DNA from: Leptolyngbyaceae cyanobacterium
Lineage (GTDB): Bacteria > Cyanobacteriota > Cyanobacteriia > Phormidesmidales > Phormidesmidaceae
Assembly: GCA_050331235.1 (NCBI GenBank)
Contig: JBHJHA010000084.1
Span: forward strand, 1-45,985
Length of the DNA: 45,985 bases
Direction of reading: 5' to 3'
The notes beneath the pieces are model-generated. The model made no database searches, was not told where the DNA came from, and saw only the letters and a list, made by a program, of their open reading frames with translations. Below, piece by piece: positions 11,001 through 19,568 of the stretch. Position 1 is the first letter of the stretch. Every line of letters starts with the position of its first letter. A program made the position numbers and the translations under genes.

Positions 11001-11795
11001 CAAACGATTACTGGCAACTTGGGGAACTCCACCGATCTGAAACTGGGGATGGCCTATCGGAACCCCATCAGCGACGAGTGGAACGCGCTGATGAGTTATG
11101 AATATCGGCGTAATCCTTCGACGACGCCCGAGTCGCTCCTGATTGACAATGACATCGGGTCCTCAGATCACACGCTATCTTTGGAGGCGATTTACTCCCC
11201 CAATTGGCAGTGGGAGTTTTACGGCAAATATGCTTTCCGCATTAGCGATGCGACGCTGGCCGATGATTTTGGATTCTCCAACTCGATTCACCTGATGCAG
11301 TTCCGCACGGCTTATCAGTTTGCTTATCGGTGGGATGTCTTAGGAGAAGTGCGCTATATCACCCAGCCAGAGGCGAGCTTCAACGAGGTGGGCGCTTCGG
11401 TGGAGCTGGGGTATTACCTAACGCCGGATTTACGATTTGGCGTGGGTTACAGCTTTGGTAGTGCCGATAATGATGGCTTTGGTGGCGGCTACCGTTCGGC
11501 CAGTGGCCCCTACTTTGGGGTGCAGCTCAAGGTCAACGAACTGCTCAATGGCTTTGGCATTCAGCCTGAGGTGGGGCCGCCTCAACAGGAAGAATCTCTG
11601 GTGGATACCGCGGCAACCCCCGATGAGGCAGACACTAGTGAGGAGCTGCGCGAGAGCGACATTTCCTTTATTCATCCGGCCCCGACGGCTGAGGTGGTAA
11701 AAGCATTGGCCGCCGCCGCTAACGATTTGGTGAACTCGCCGCTGGCGATCGCCGCTGCGCTTCCTGAGTCATTCAGCGATAGAGGTATCCGATGA
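8034..11795 (+). CDS. Large outer-membrane beta-barrel protein with N-terminal acidic linker and Ig-like domain
   Basis: Signal peptide (AIA/Q), acidic Ala/Pro-rich linker, Ig-like segment, then a long region of alternating amphipathic strands rich in aromatics and Gly (e.g. ASVELGYYLTPDLRFGVGYSFG...YFGVQLK). GTGA overlap with the upstream stop. Confidence 0.78.
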   Translation: MMKTLIALMGWLAVGALTAEISGVAIAQSVDDATPIAAEAHSGQSPDDVIDIVTLVEPAVAGDAEAAQPAAVATEASALSEIEEMGADQSLPVVIGDRAAAEVPASVGADAMVRPLRLNSATDVDGPPAATTDADDSRETIAGTDTGVGESDAIAQSNPQPLPEIPEDAVEREEETPELNISLTPITSPVVPANRRSTIEFEGRITDAAGELIPEDVVVTLTTAAGEFQGADYDTDLAGFQVLARQGQFGAILRSSLEAQPVRIRAAASAYEAQGIEETATLDPVPDLETFVEVEFATNLRPTLVSGVVDLRIGPGGTNFWGGFADFLDPDDIGDTEFDLGAALFATGSLGDWQFTGALNTRRALNETCGDGNRLFRNDQFCDNTYPVYGDSSQTDYLTPSIDSFFVRFQRDSEVAGGEPDYFMWGDYETREFSRFSQEFTAITRQLHGFKGNYTLGNFQITAMFANNLRPFQRDTIAPDGTSGFYFLSRRVILPGSENVFLETEELNRPGTVIERRQLARVSDYEIDYDRGTLLFRQPIYRTRVDPLGKTLVNRIVVTYQVDQDNDGSLYAGRLQYNFKAGQPNLGGWAGVTLLTEDQGDQDFTLYGADVQVPLGETGSLTGEFARSSFDRFGESADGNAYRLEAQGPLFTPAVQGLAYLRSAESGFTNTATTSFRPGQTRWGAAVNAAVSPTTRLNVQFDQEINRGKAPEVLTDSESLFNPGQFAEPGERVDNTLTTYRAGVWQEFGSVDVGLDYVNRDRRDRRADTTTNSQQFVPQLAIPLSSDLSFRAQSEINIGDDDDIAYPDRTTLALDWAVQPGVTMRLSQQFISSSGANPRNITSLDTLVDYELGDNTSLRSRYSLIGGYGGLIGQAALGLNHRIVLAPGLRATLGIEHVIDDAFNNTGAGQQFEQPYAVGLGGTALGILGGTAYSVGLEYTTNPDFQASARVEHRDSSSGSNTVFTAAAAGKITNALTSLFRFQTANFANQTITGNLGNSTDLKLGMAYRNPISDEWNALMSYEYRRNPSTTPESLLIDNDIGSSDHTLSLEAIYSPNWQWEFYGKYAFRISDATLADDFGFSNSIHLMQFRTAYQFAYRWDVLGEVRYITQPEASFNEVGASVELGYYLTPDLRFGVGYSFGSADNDGFGGGYRSASGPYFGVQLKVNELLNGFGIQPEVGPPQQEESLVDTAATPDEADTSEELRESDISFIHPAPTAEVVKALAAAANDLVNSPLAIAAALPESFSDRGIR

Positions 11796-13843
11796 AAACA
11801 CTATCGACATTTTTGATCATTGGGACAGGATTGAGTTTTTGGGTGGCGGCGGCGATCGCGCAAGCACCCACGGGTTTTGACATTACAGTCAACAGCTCAA
11901 CGGATGGCAGCGTCACCCCCGATGACGATCTCACCCTGCGGGAGGCGATCCTTATTGCCAACGGCAGCTTGCCGCTGGAAGCACTTTCGCCTACTGAGCA
12001 AGCCCAGGTGACGCCAGCAGCCACGAGTCAATTCGGCTTTGACTTGCCCAGCGATGACACCACCATTGCGCTGAGCCGAGCGTTGCCGCCCCTAACAGCA
12101 ACCGGACTAGTCGTAGATGGGACAACGCAGCCAGGCTATGGCGAGGCGTTGCCCTACTTGCCCAACACCCCGACCCCAGTGGTGAGCCTGACCGCTGCCA
12201 GCGGTCGCGAGGTCTTGACAGGACTCACGGTGACGGGCTCTGACATTACCGTCCGGGGGTTGAACCTGTATGGATTTAAGTCCAACGCTCGCACTGCAAC
12301 TCTGACCACGCCTTCAGCTGACATCTTAGTGATCAACCGGCCGGTGCCGGCGGATCTACAGCTCGATGCCCCCCTCTTTGAGGGACTAGCTTTGGATGAC
12401 CCTACCGCCGCCGCCGAAAACGAGACGATTGAGCAAAACTGGCTCGGGGCCGAGCTCGATGAGTCGATGCCGGCCCGGCGATCATCCTTTGGTGTCGTGG
12501 TCTTTAATGCGGAGAATGTCCGCGTGGCCGACAACCTGATTCAGCATCACGATGCGAGTGGCGTTATCACGGGATACCGCGCCGATGGTTTGCAATTGGT
12601 GGGCAACGCTATTCTCGGTAACGGCTTAGCGGGAATGCCGGACGGCGTCAGACTCGAAGGCTCTTTGAATGGGGCTGCCGTTACCAATAACCTCATCTGT
12701 GCCAACGATGGGAGCGGCATTTTTATGTTTGAGCCAGAGGGCTCAGTTTTAATTGAAGCCAACAACATTCGCTTTAACGGCCGTCGATTTCGGCGTGCTG
12801 CCATATTTGTCATGGGCCAGGGCCATGAGATTGTCGGCAATGATATTGGCTATCAGCCGGGTCCGGGTGTAGCAGTGTCGGCCTATCCCCATAGCGATCG
12901 CAACCTGATCCTTAACAATCAATTTGCTCAGGTCGACGGCTTAAGCATCGACCTGCTAGCCCAGGGCAACAGCGATATTTTGCACTTTCAGCGGGGGGAT
13001 GGCCCTAACCCTCCCCGTGACCATCACCATCGTCGCGCCGCGACCGGGAATGGTGCCATCAACTCACCAGAGTTTAGCCAATATCAGTTTGAGCAGACGG
13101 GTAGCGGCCTGACTCTGAGCGGCAAGGCAGATCCCGGTAGCGAAGTTGAGCTTTATCGCGTTAAAGAAGATCGCGGCATCTACAGTCCGCTGAGCGAACC
13201 TTTGATGAGTACTACGGCCGACGCTGACGGTAACTTTGCCTTTGCCTGGGACAGTGCAGCGGGAGATTGGCTCAGCGCGATCGCGTCTGACCCAGCCTAT
13301 GGAACGTCGGAACCATCGCCAGTCATTGGCGTGGTCGGGGTGGACGGCACCCTGCCGGAGCGGCCAACCCCGATGCCCTTTGACGCTAGCTGCTATCCCC
13401 CGGTGATCACCCAAGCGCCGCCGCCGGAGCCGGAGCCACCAGCTCCCATCGTGCTACGGGTGCCCCGTAACATTCACTTTGCGCTTGATCAGTCCAATAT
13501 CAGTCCGGCCAGTGCGCAAATCTTGGATCAAATTGCGGCGGCTATGCGCACCTATCCCTCCTTAGTGGTCGAACTTCAGGGCCACACCGACCCGCGTGCG
13601 AGCGATGCTTACAACCAAGCCCTCAGCGAGCGGCGCTCCATCGCGGCTCGAGACTATTTACTGCGTCAGGGCATTGCGGCTGAACGGATGCGCATCGTGC
13701 CCTTTGGTGAAACCCGTCGTCTCACCGACGGCACCACTCGCCTAGACTACGCCCGCGATCGCCGGGTGGAGTTCATCTTTACCGACACCCAAGGCATTGA
13801 CATCATCTTTGAAGATGTCGAGTCCGACCTCCAGATCGAGTAA
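11792..13843 (+). CDS. Secreted CSLREA-like/right-handed beta-helix protein with C-terminal OmpA-like peptidoglycan-binding domain
   Basis: VNSSTDG...LTLREAILIAN; parallel beta-helix repeats (N-x-I-x-x-N); Pro-rich linker; FALDQSNI...LQGHTDPRASDAYNQALSERR...DRRVEF. ATGA overlap with the barrel gene. Confidence 0.85.
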   Translation: MKTLSTFLIIGTGLSFWVAAAIAQAPTGFDITVNSSTDGSVTPDDDLTLREAILIANGSLPLEALSPTEQAQVTPAATSQFGFDLPSDDTTIALSRALPPLTATGLVVDGTTQPGYGEALPYLPNTPTPVVSLTAASGREVLTGLTVTGSDITVRGLNLYGFKSNARTATLTTPSADILVINRPVPADLQLDAPLFEGLALDDPTAAAENETIEQNWLGAELDESMPARRSSFGVVVFNAENVRVADNLIQHHDASGVITGYRADGLQLVGNAILGNGLAGMPDGVRLEGSLNGAAVTNNLICANDGSGIFMFEPEGSVLIEANNIRFNGRRFRRAAIFVMGQGHEIVGNDIGYQPGPGVAVSAYPHSDRNLILNNQFAQVDGLSIDLLAQGNSDILHFQRGDGPNPPRDHHHRRAATGNGAINSPEFSQYQFEQTGSGLTLSGKADPGSEVELYRVKEDRGIYSPLSEPLMSTTADADGNFAFAWDSAAGDWLSAIASDPAYGTSEPSPVIGVVGVDGTLPERPTPMPFDASCYPPVITQAPPPEPEPPAPIVLRVPRNIHFALDQSNISPASAQILDQIAAAMRTYPSLVVELQGHTDPRASDAYNQALSERRSIAARDYLLRQGIAAERMRIVPFGETRRLTDGTTRLDYARDRRVEFIFTDTQGIDIIFEDVESDLQIE

Positions 13844-13900
13844 CGCTTTTTATTGTCTTTTCACTGTCTGTGCCCATCCAACTGAACTGCCAGTAGACCC

Positions 13901-16741
13901 ATGAACCACCGCGTGTCCTATCAACAACGAGCGATCGCCCTGTTCAATGCCTTCCTCAAGGTCTGCTTGGCCGTTCTCTTCTGCCTTAGCTCCTTTGCCA
14001 CCCCTGCCTGGGCCAACCAAGCCGTAACGGCTTATCAGGTTGTTGACATTCCGGCAGCAGGCAGCACAGTCCGTGTTCAACCGACCAACCCATGTAACGG
14101 TGGTGGTATCAATGTGGATTCCAGAGTTCCTAGCTGTAATGGAACTCCAGTAGCAGACGGGGCTCCGACTGGCGATGTGGATATGAACTTTGGCCAGGGG
14201 TTTAATCGGACTTTACAGGGGCTAGTGGTTGGCGGTAGAACCTTTGTACCTCAATCCCCCCAGGTGCCAGGGGGACTGCTAGATCGGGTGGTTTTTCAGC
14301 GAGGTGGTCTCAACGCCACATTACCTGCGCCACGTGTGCAGCTTTTCTATGAGCAAACTGCATTCAATGCTGGCGCTACTCCCCCTAGCATTGACCTTGG
14401 CCCTACTGCGGCAAGCTTGGCAGACGGCCTTAGAAGTCTCGTCATCAACCGAGGCGTAGACAATATTTTCAATAATGCCACCGAGTCAGCCAATGGCGCG
14501 GAGACACAGAACAATATCGAGAGAGTCGATTACATCAGCGATGGCGGAATTAATGTCCCAGTTGCTGAGCGGGATGATTTTGGCTTTTGGGTTGGGGATC
14601 GAGCGAACAATGGTGCAGATCCTTTTCGGGTTGCAGCCATTACTGGACTGGCGGGAGGCAACCCTAGTGCTTATGGGCCTTTGCGAGTTGCAGAAATTGA
14701 CAACACCAACCAAAACGCCCTGGGCGTGGCGACTTTTCCGACAGTTGTTACGCGCATAGACAACACTACAGATCCGACCACCGTTATCCAGCAGCCATCC
14801 CACAGAACCGGTTCAGCCCAGAATGTACGAGGTCGTTTTTTCTCCATCGCAGACTTGCTTGAGCCAGAGGATACTACGACGACCACCATTTTTGGCTATT
14901 CGGTTTTTCCTGGAGATGTCGATCCAGTTGGGGCAAACAACGCTGTACCATCAACCGATGTCAACACTTATCCAACTGATACTGACAGCAATAGTGCCGG
15001 TGCTGACGGAGGTATCGACTTAATTGCCGGCGGAGCCTTTTTTGCCGTTGAACCTGATCCTGAAATTGGTGTTGCAAAGACGGTGTCTGCTCCAAGAATT
15101 GTTGACCTTGCAACCGGTATTTATGACATTGATTTGACGATTCGTGTCACTAACACGGGCAACACGGCGCTCAACAATGTGCAGCTAACGGAAGATTTAC
15201 AGGATACGTTTATCACCAATGCCTCGGGTACTACTCCGGCTGCGGCCTTCAATCGAGCCGATTCTTTTGTGATTCAAGCAGGGCCGACGGTCGACACCTC
15301 TGGGGTTACAGGAACAGTACCAACCCTCAATGGCGGCTATAACGGAACTGGCACCAACACCCTGTTCAACGCAGGTAATGCATTTAATGTCAACGATACG
15401 GCAGTCGTCACCCTCACGGTACGAGTTACTCTAGGGGCACTTGGGGGAGCCGCGCCGAACACCGACGGAATTTTGGTAACCAACAACCAGGCAAATGCCT
15501 CTGGTACGTCCCCAGGAGGACAGACCGTTACAGACCTTTCAGACAATGGGTCCAATGTCGATCCAGATGGGGATGGGGATCCTACAAACGATAATGACCC
15601 TACCCCGATCCAAATTCCGTTTCCCAGTATTGGTGTGGCAAAGAGCGTTAGCGGGTTTACTCAGGTAGCCGTAACCACTCAGTACGACTTCGACTTCACC
15701 ATCATTGTTACTAACTCAGGCGCAACTAACTTGACTGACGTCACCTTGCAGGAGGACTTACAAGCGGCATTAATTACCAATGCGACCAATCGAGTTGATA
15801 GCTTTGTCATCCGGGCAACTCCGACGGTCACCACGACCGGATTCACGGCTGCTGGGGCTGTCGGACCGACTATCAACGGCGCTTACAACGGCGTCGGCAA
15901 CATTGAACTGTTCAGCGGTAGCAATTTATTTACCCCGGGCGATACCGCCACGGTCATTGTTCCAGTCCGAGCAGAGTTGGGCGCTGGAGGAGCCGGACCG
16001 CTTAACGACGGCATTGTAGTTGCTCAAAATACGGCGACGGCGTCGGGTCTACCGAGTGGTCCTGGTGTACCACCAGGGACGGGACGGATTACGGATGAGT
16101 CGCAATCGGGGGGCAATGTTGATCCCGATGGTGACGGCAATCCTGGAAATAACACCGATCCGACACCGATTGCATTTCCGGCGACTACAACTGACCTAGT
16201 CATCGTGAAGCGCATTACCAACATCTTTCGCCAGGGTGCAGCGTTGGCAGTCCCCGGCATTGCTAACTTCAACGACCAGCCGGGTGATACCAACGACAAT
16301 AATCTGAACGCGGCGCTCGGCGGCGGTAATCAGCTTGCGGGTATCTTTCAACTGCCGGCTGGGTTTGGGCTTGAGTCTAATGATGAGGTGGAATACACTA
16401 TCTACTTCTGGAACTCCAGCGCTGGACAAATTACCCAGTTGAATATCTGTGATGAGTTGCAAGCACCCTCCGTGCTGAATACCGGAGTTGCCTTTGAGTT
16501 AGCCGCCGTTGGGGCTTTAGGAACGCCTACCTTTGGTCCTGCTGGTAATACTGTTCAGGGGCGATCGCCAGGTGCTCCCTTAGAGGCATTTTGTCCTTCG
16601 GCACCCGGCAGCTTCCCCTTAGGTCCGCCTGGACCTACCGGTGGCCTAGGGGTTGGTGCGGGTGGAGGCGTCATCGCTGGCCCCTTTACCGTTCCGGCTA
16701 ATCAGTTTGGGGGCATTCGTTTCCGCGTACGAATTCCCTGA
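13901..16741 (+). CDS. Secreted adhesin-like protein: N-terminal head, two complete and one C-terminally incomplete DUF11-like domains
   Basis: Signal ending AWA/N; two repeats of IGVAK...Y-D-x-D-x-TI-x-VTN-x-G...EDLQ...N-x-A...NVDPDGDG-x-P...DPTPI; third domain LVIVKR...DEVEYTIYFWN...ICDEL...IRFRVRIP*. Confidence 0.82.
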   Translation: MNHRVSYQQRAIALFNAFLKVCLAVLFCLSSFATPAWANQAVTAYQVVDIPAAGSTVRVQPTNPCNGGGINVDSRVPSCNGTPVADGAPTGDVDMNFGQGFNRTLQGLVVGGRTFVPQSPQVPGGLLDRVVFQRGGLNATLPAPRVQLFYEQTAFNAGATPPSIDLGPTAASLADGLRSLVINRGVDNIFNNATESANGAETQNNIERVDYISDGGINVPVAERDDFGFWVGDRANNGADPFRVAAITGLAGGNPSAYGPLRVAEIDNTNQNALGVATFPTVVTRIDNTTDPTTVIQQPSHRTGSAQNVRGRFFSIADLLEPEDTTTTTIFGYSVFPGDVDPVGANNAVPSTDVNTYPTDTDSNSAGADGGIDLIAGGAFFAVEPDPEIGVAKTVSAPRIVDLATGIYDIDLTIRVTNTGNTALNNVQLTEDLQDTFITNASGTTPAAAFNRADSFVIQAGPTVDTSGVTGTVPTLNGGYNGTGTNTLFNAGNAFNVNDTAVVTLTVRVTLGALGGAAPNTDGILVTNNQANASGTSPGGQTVTDLSDNGSNVDPDGDGDPTNDNDPTPIQIPFPSIGVAKSVSGFTQVAVTTQYDFDFTIIVTNSGATNLTDVTLQEDLQAALITNATNRVDSFVIRATPTVTTTGFTAAGAVGPTINGAYNGVGNIELFSGSNLFTPGDTATVIVPVRAELGAGGAGPLNDGIVVAQNTATASGLPSGPGVPPGTGRITDESQSGGNVDPDGDGNPGNNTDPTPIAFPATTTDLVIVKRITNIFRQGAALAVPGIANFNDQPGDTNDNNLNAALGGGNQLAGIFQLPAGFGLESNDEVEYTIYFWNSSAGQITQLNICDELQAPSVLNTGVAFELAAVGALGTPTFGPAGNTVQGRSPGAPLEAFCPSAPGSFPLGPPGPTGGLGVGAGGGVIAGPFTVPANQFGGIRFRVRIP

Positions 16742-17109
16742 TCGCACCGGAGCTATGGCAGTCATTTGGCCACCATCTCTGCGCCGAACCATCTGACCTT
16801 GTGCAGGGCAAAAGCCCAACTCTTGGTTCCGCTAGCTAAAGAATCTTGTCACCTGAACGCCAACCGCGGCAGATGGCAAGGGACTAGGTTCAAGATTCAG
16901 GGAAGAATTTTGCTACAGGCGATCGGGCGATTGAAAGTGGTGAAACCTGACCGCAATTCGCCGATTTATTCAGGACTGAGCTAATCAGACGTAAGTTGGA
17001 GACCCAAAGTTTAAGCATTCCGATAGCCCTACAGAGCAATCAATCCTCTCTCTATCAGCACCCTTCAGGCGGGAAACCCTGACGGGTTTTGGCCCACCTT
17101 GAACCCGAC

Positions 17110-18120
17110 TCAATCAAATAGATTTTGCTGCTGGGCATACCGCCAACCGACCACGGCGATCAGTCCCATGACCAATAGCGTCATGGGGTAAGCCAAGCGC
17201 CAGTGTAGCTCTGGCATGTAGTCGAAGTTCATGCCGTAGAGCCCCGTGATGAACTGAATGGGCAGAAAAATAGCGGAAATTAGCGTCAGTCGATTGATAA
17301 CCCGCCCGACTTGGTCATTGATGTTGCTGCGCTGAATTTCCATCAGCTCTGTCATCCACGATCGCAGCGATTGATACTCTTGGGACAGCGCTTCGAGATG
17401 GGGAAACGACTCGTGGTTGAGCTTTTCTGCTGTGGTAGCACTAATCCAGCGAATGTTGTGATGGTGGGATTGTATGGCAACCGCTTTGACTGAGAGCAAA
17501 TTGCGACGTCCCAGCCGCACCGACTGTCGCATACGAGCAATTTTCCGGTAGGTAGATTTGTCGCTAATGCCATCTAAGATTAAATCTTCTAATTCTTCCA
17601 GCTGCCAGGATATCCGATCAAAAACGGTGTAGTAGTTGTCTATCAACTCTTCGTAAGCCAAATAGAGAAGATAGTCAGCCCGATGAGATTTGAGGTCAAT
17701 CAGCTGGTTTTGAAGATTGCTAAAGATGTTGTCAAAAAGCACAGTACCTTGGGTCTCAAAACTGATGAAGAAGTTTTCTCCCAAAATAAAACTCCCCCAA
17801 ATTTCCTTGATACCGAGCTCGGCCAAAGTCCTCGATAAAATCTGATAATTGGCAAATAAGCAATCATCCAGGTCTTGGTCATCAATGGCTAGAGGTTTAC
17901 CAGTTAAAATCCGACGAATGCGGTAATGACTGAGATGAAAATGATCGATGATTTTAGTCACTGTATGTTGACCCGGATGGACTCTACAGCGCAGCCAAAA
18001 TTGATGTTCTGAGTCAATCTTTCCTAGGGTTTCATCAATATCGGAACTAGCGAAATAATCAACGGTTGATGCCGAAAATTTAACCAGCAAAAAACCTAGA
18101 TGATCGAAAGAGTGCATCAT
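17110..18120 (-). CDS. CorA-family divalent cation (Mg2+) transporter
   Basis: C-terminal LTLISAIFLPIQFITGLYGMNFDYMPEL (GMN signature) with two TM helices. Confidence 0.9.
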   Translation of the reverse strand: MMHSFDHLGFLLVKFSASTVDYFASSDIDETLGKIDSEHQFWLRCRVHPGQHTVTKIIDHFHLSHYRIRRILTGKPLAIDDQDLDDCLFANYQILSRTLAELGIKEIWGSFILGENFFISFETQGTVLFDNIFSNLQNQLIDLKSHRADYLLYLAYEELIDNYYTVFDRISWQLEELEDLILDGISDKSTYRKIARMRQSVRLGRRNLLSVKAVAIQSHHHNIRWISATTAEKLNHESFPHLEALSQEYQSLRSWMTELMEIQRSNINDQVGRVINRLTLISAIFLPIQFITGLYGMNFDYMPELHWRLAYPMTLLVMGLIAVVGWRYAQQQNLFD

Positions 18121-18248
18121 GACTGACTTCCCTGAAGCCGGATCTCAAATGATGAAAGTACAGTTACTTTTTGAACGGAGCAACCGGCAACCCCTGCCTG
18201 AGCACCCAGCAATCACTGGAAAACCTGTTGATGCCCAAGCTGGAAGGA

Positions 18249-19568
18249 TTAAGGTGAAGGCGATCGCCGTACCAGAGTAGCCGGATCGACCTCCTCCGTT
18301 TCCTGCAAAGCGGCATCGATATCGTGCACGGCTTCCGGATTTTTGAGCAGGATACCCTTTAACACAAGCTGTGCGGTCATGGCCGCCGTCAATACGGGAA
18401 TAGCATTAACCACAGGGGTTGCGGTAATCAGCAATACAATGACCGCTAAGGTAGCGGGAAAGGGCACCAGGGCGCAGGGAACGGCGGCCATCATGCAGCC
18501 CACCGCCATCATGATAGGAATGCCTGGAAAAATTTTCCACAAAATGACGCCGACTGTGCCGCCCACGAAAAACAGCGGAAAGATAGGTCCCCCAATAAAC
18601 CCCGCGGACAGGACCACGGCGAGGGCGAAAATCTTGAGCCCCGCTGCAATGAGCAAAAAGCCAATGGTCAGTTCGGTGCGTCCTTCGACGACCTCTAGCA
18701 GACCTTCGCTGCCTAAGAACAGCGTGAGGGGCATCGCCATGCCGAGCAGGCCAATTAGGAGCCCAATGCCCGTGCAGCGAATGATGGGTTTGTCGTGAAA
18801 CGGGGCCATCATTTGATGTAGCGCCTTCGTCAAAAAAGCAAAGAGAAAGGCAAATATGACCGCCACGATGCCCAACAACACTGCCGCGAGAATATGCCAT
18901 TGCTCGAGCTGGTATGCAGGTAGCTCCAACAGTCGCAACACTGCCGAAAAGCGATCGCCTCCAACGGTATAAAACACCAAAAAGCCCAACAGCGACGAAA
19001 CCGCCACAATGGCCAGCGTGCCGTAATAGTAAGGCGATTGCTTATGCTTCAGCTCGAACCCCATCAAAATTACGCCAAAGGGAGCGGTAAACAGTCCCGA
19101 AAACGCGCCGGCTACACTGCTGAAGAGATTGGTGCGGAGGATTTCTCGGGGTAACCGGCGGTTTCTAGATATCCAAATGCCCAAACTGCCCGCGACAATA
19201 CCCGTAGGCGCTTCTGGCCCGAGTGGAAAGCCGCCGACCAAGGACGCAATGGACGCTAAAATTGCCCCGTTTGAATGGGTCAGGGGCATATCTCCTTTGG
19301 GAATCGCGCCAAAGACATCGACTTCTTCGGTGGGCAATAGCTTATGGATGAGACCCACGAGAAACCCCGCTATCGTCGTAATGATGACGATTTTGAAGGG
19401 GCCCGAAAAGGGGGTGATGGGCATGGTGTCGTGCCACAGCACATGTTCAATGCCATGGACAATGACAATGTAAATAAAGGCAGCGATCGCCCCCAGCAAC
19501 CCCATCAAAGAGCCCCAGCCAAAGCGATACCAATATTCCCGCGACCTCGCGTAACCAATTGGCTTCAT
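18249..19568 (-). CDS. CLC-family anion channel/transporter, short form without CBS domains (YfeO-like)
   Basis: GGFPLGPEAP, AGAFSGLFTAPFG...FE and GFIGGPIFP motifs; many TM helices. Confidence 0.85.
   Translation of the reverse strand: MKPIGYARSREYWYRFGWGSLMGLLGAIAAFIYIVIVHGIEHVLWHDTMPITPFSGPFKIVIITTIAGFLVGLIHKLLPTEEVDVFGAIPKGDMPLTHSNGAILASIASLVGGFPLGPEAPTGIVAGSLGIWISRNRRLPREILRTNLFSSVAGAFSGLFTAPFGVILMGFELKHKQSPYYYGTLAIVAVSSLLGFLVFYTVGGDRFSAVLRLLELPAYQLEQWHILAAVLLGIVAVIFAFLFAFLTKALHQMMAPFHDKPIIRCTGIGLLIGLLGMAMPLTLFLGSEGLLEVVEGRTELTIGFLLIAAGLKIFALAVVLSAGFIGGPIFPLFFVGGTVGVILWKIFPGIPIMMAVGCMMAAVPCALVPFPATLAVIVLLITATPVVNAIPVLTAAMTAQLVLKGILLKNPEAVHDIDAALQETEEVDPATLVRRSPSP

Noticed and set aside
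8110..16462. Many short antisense or alternate-frame ORFs inside the surface operon
   Set aside because: They are shadow ORFs of long, motif-bearing genes; the same applies to those within the sulfatase, cpc, GT and STAND genes.
16742..17109. Possible structured RNA (SRP- or riboswitch-like CCCGTCAGG on the minus strand) and a 72-aa ORF
   Set aside because: The SRP GGAAG/AGCAG core is missing, no riboswitch consensus could be completed, and the ORF has no features.
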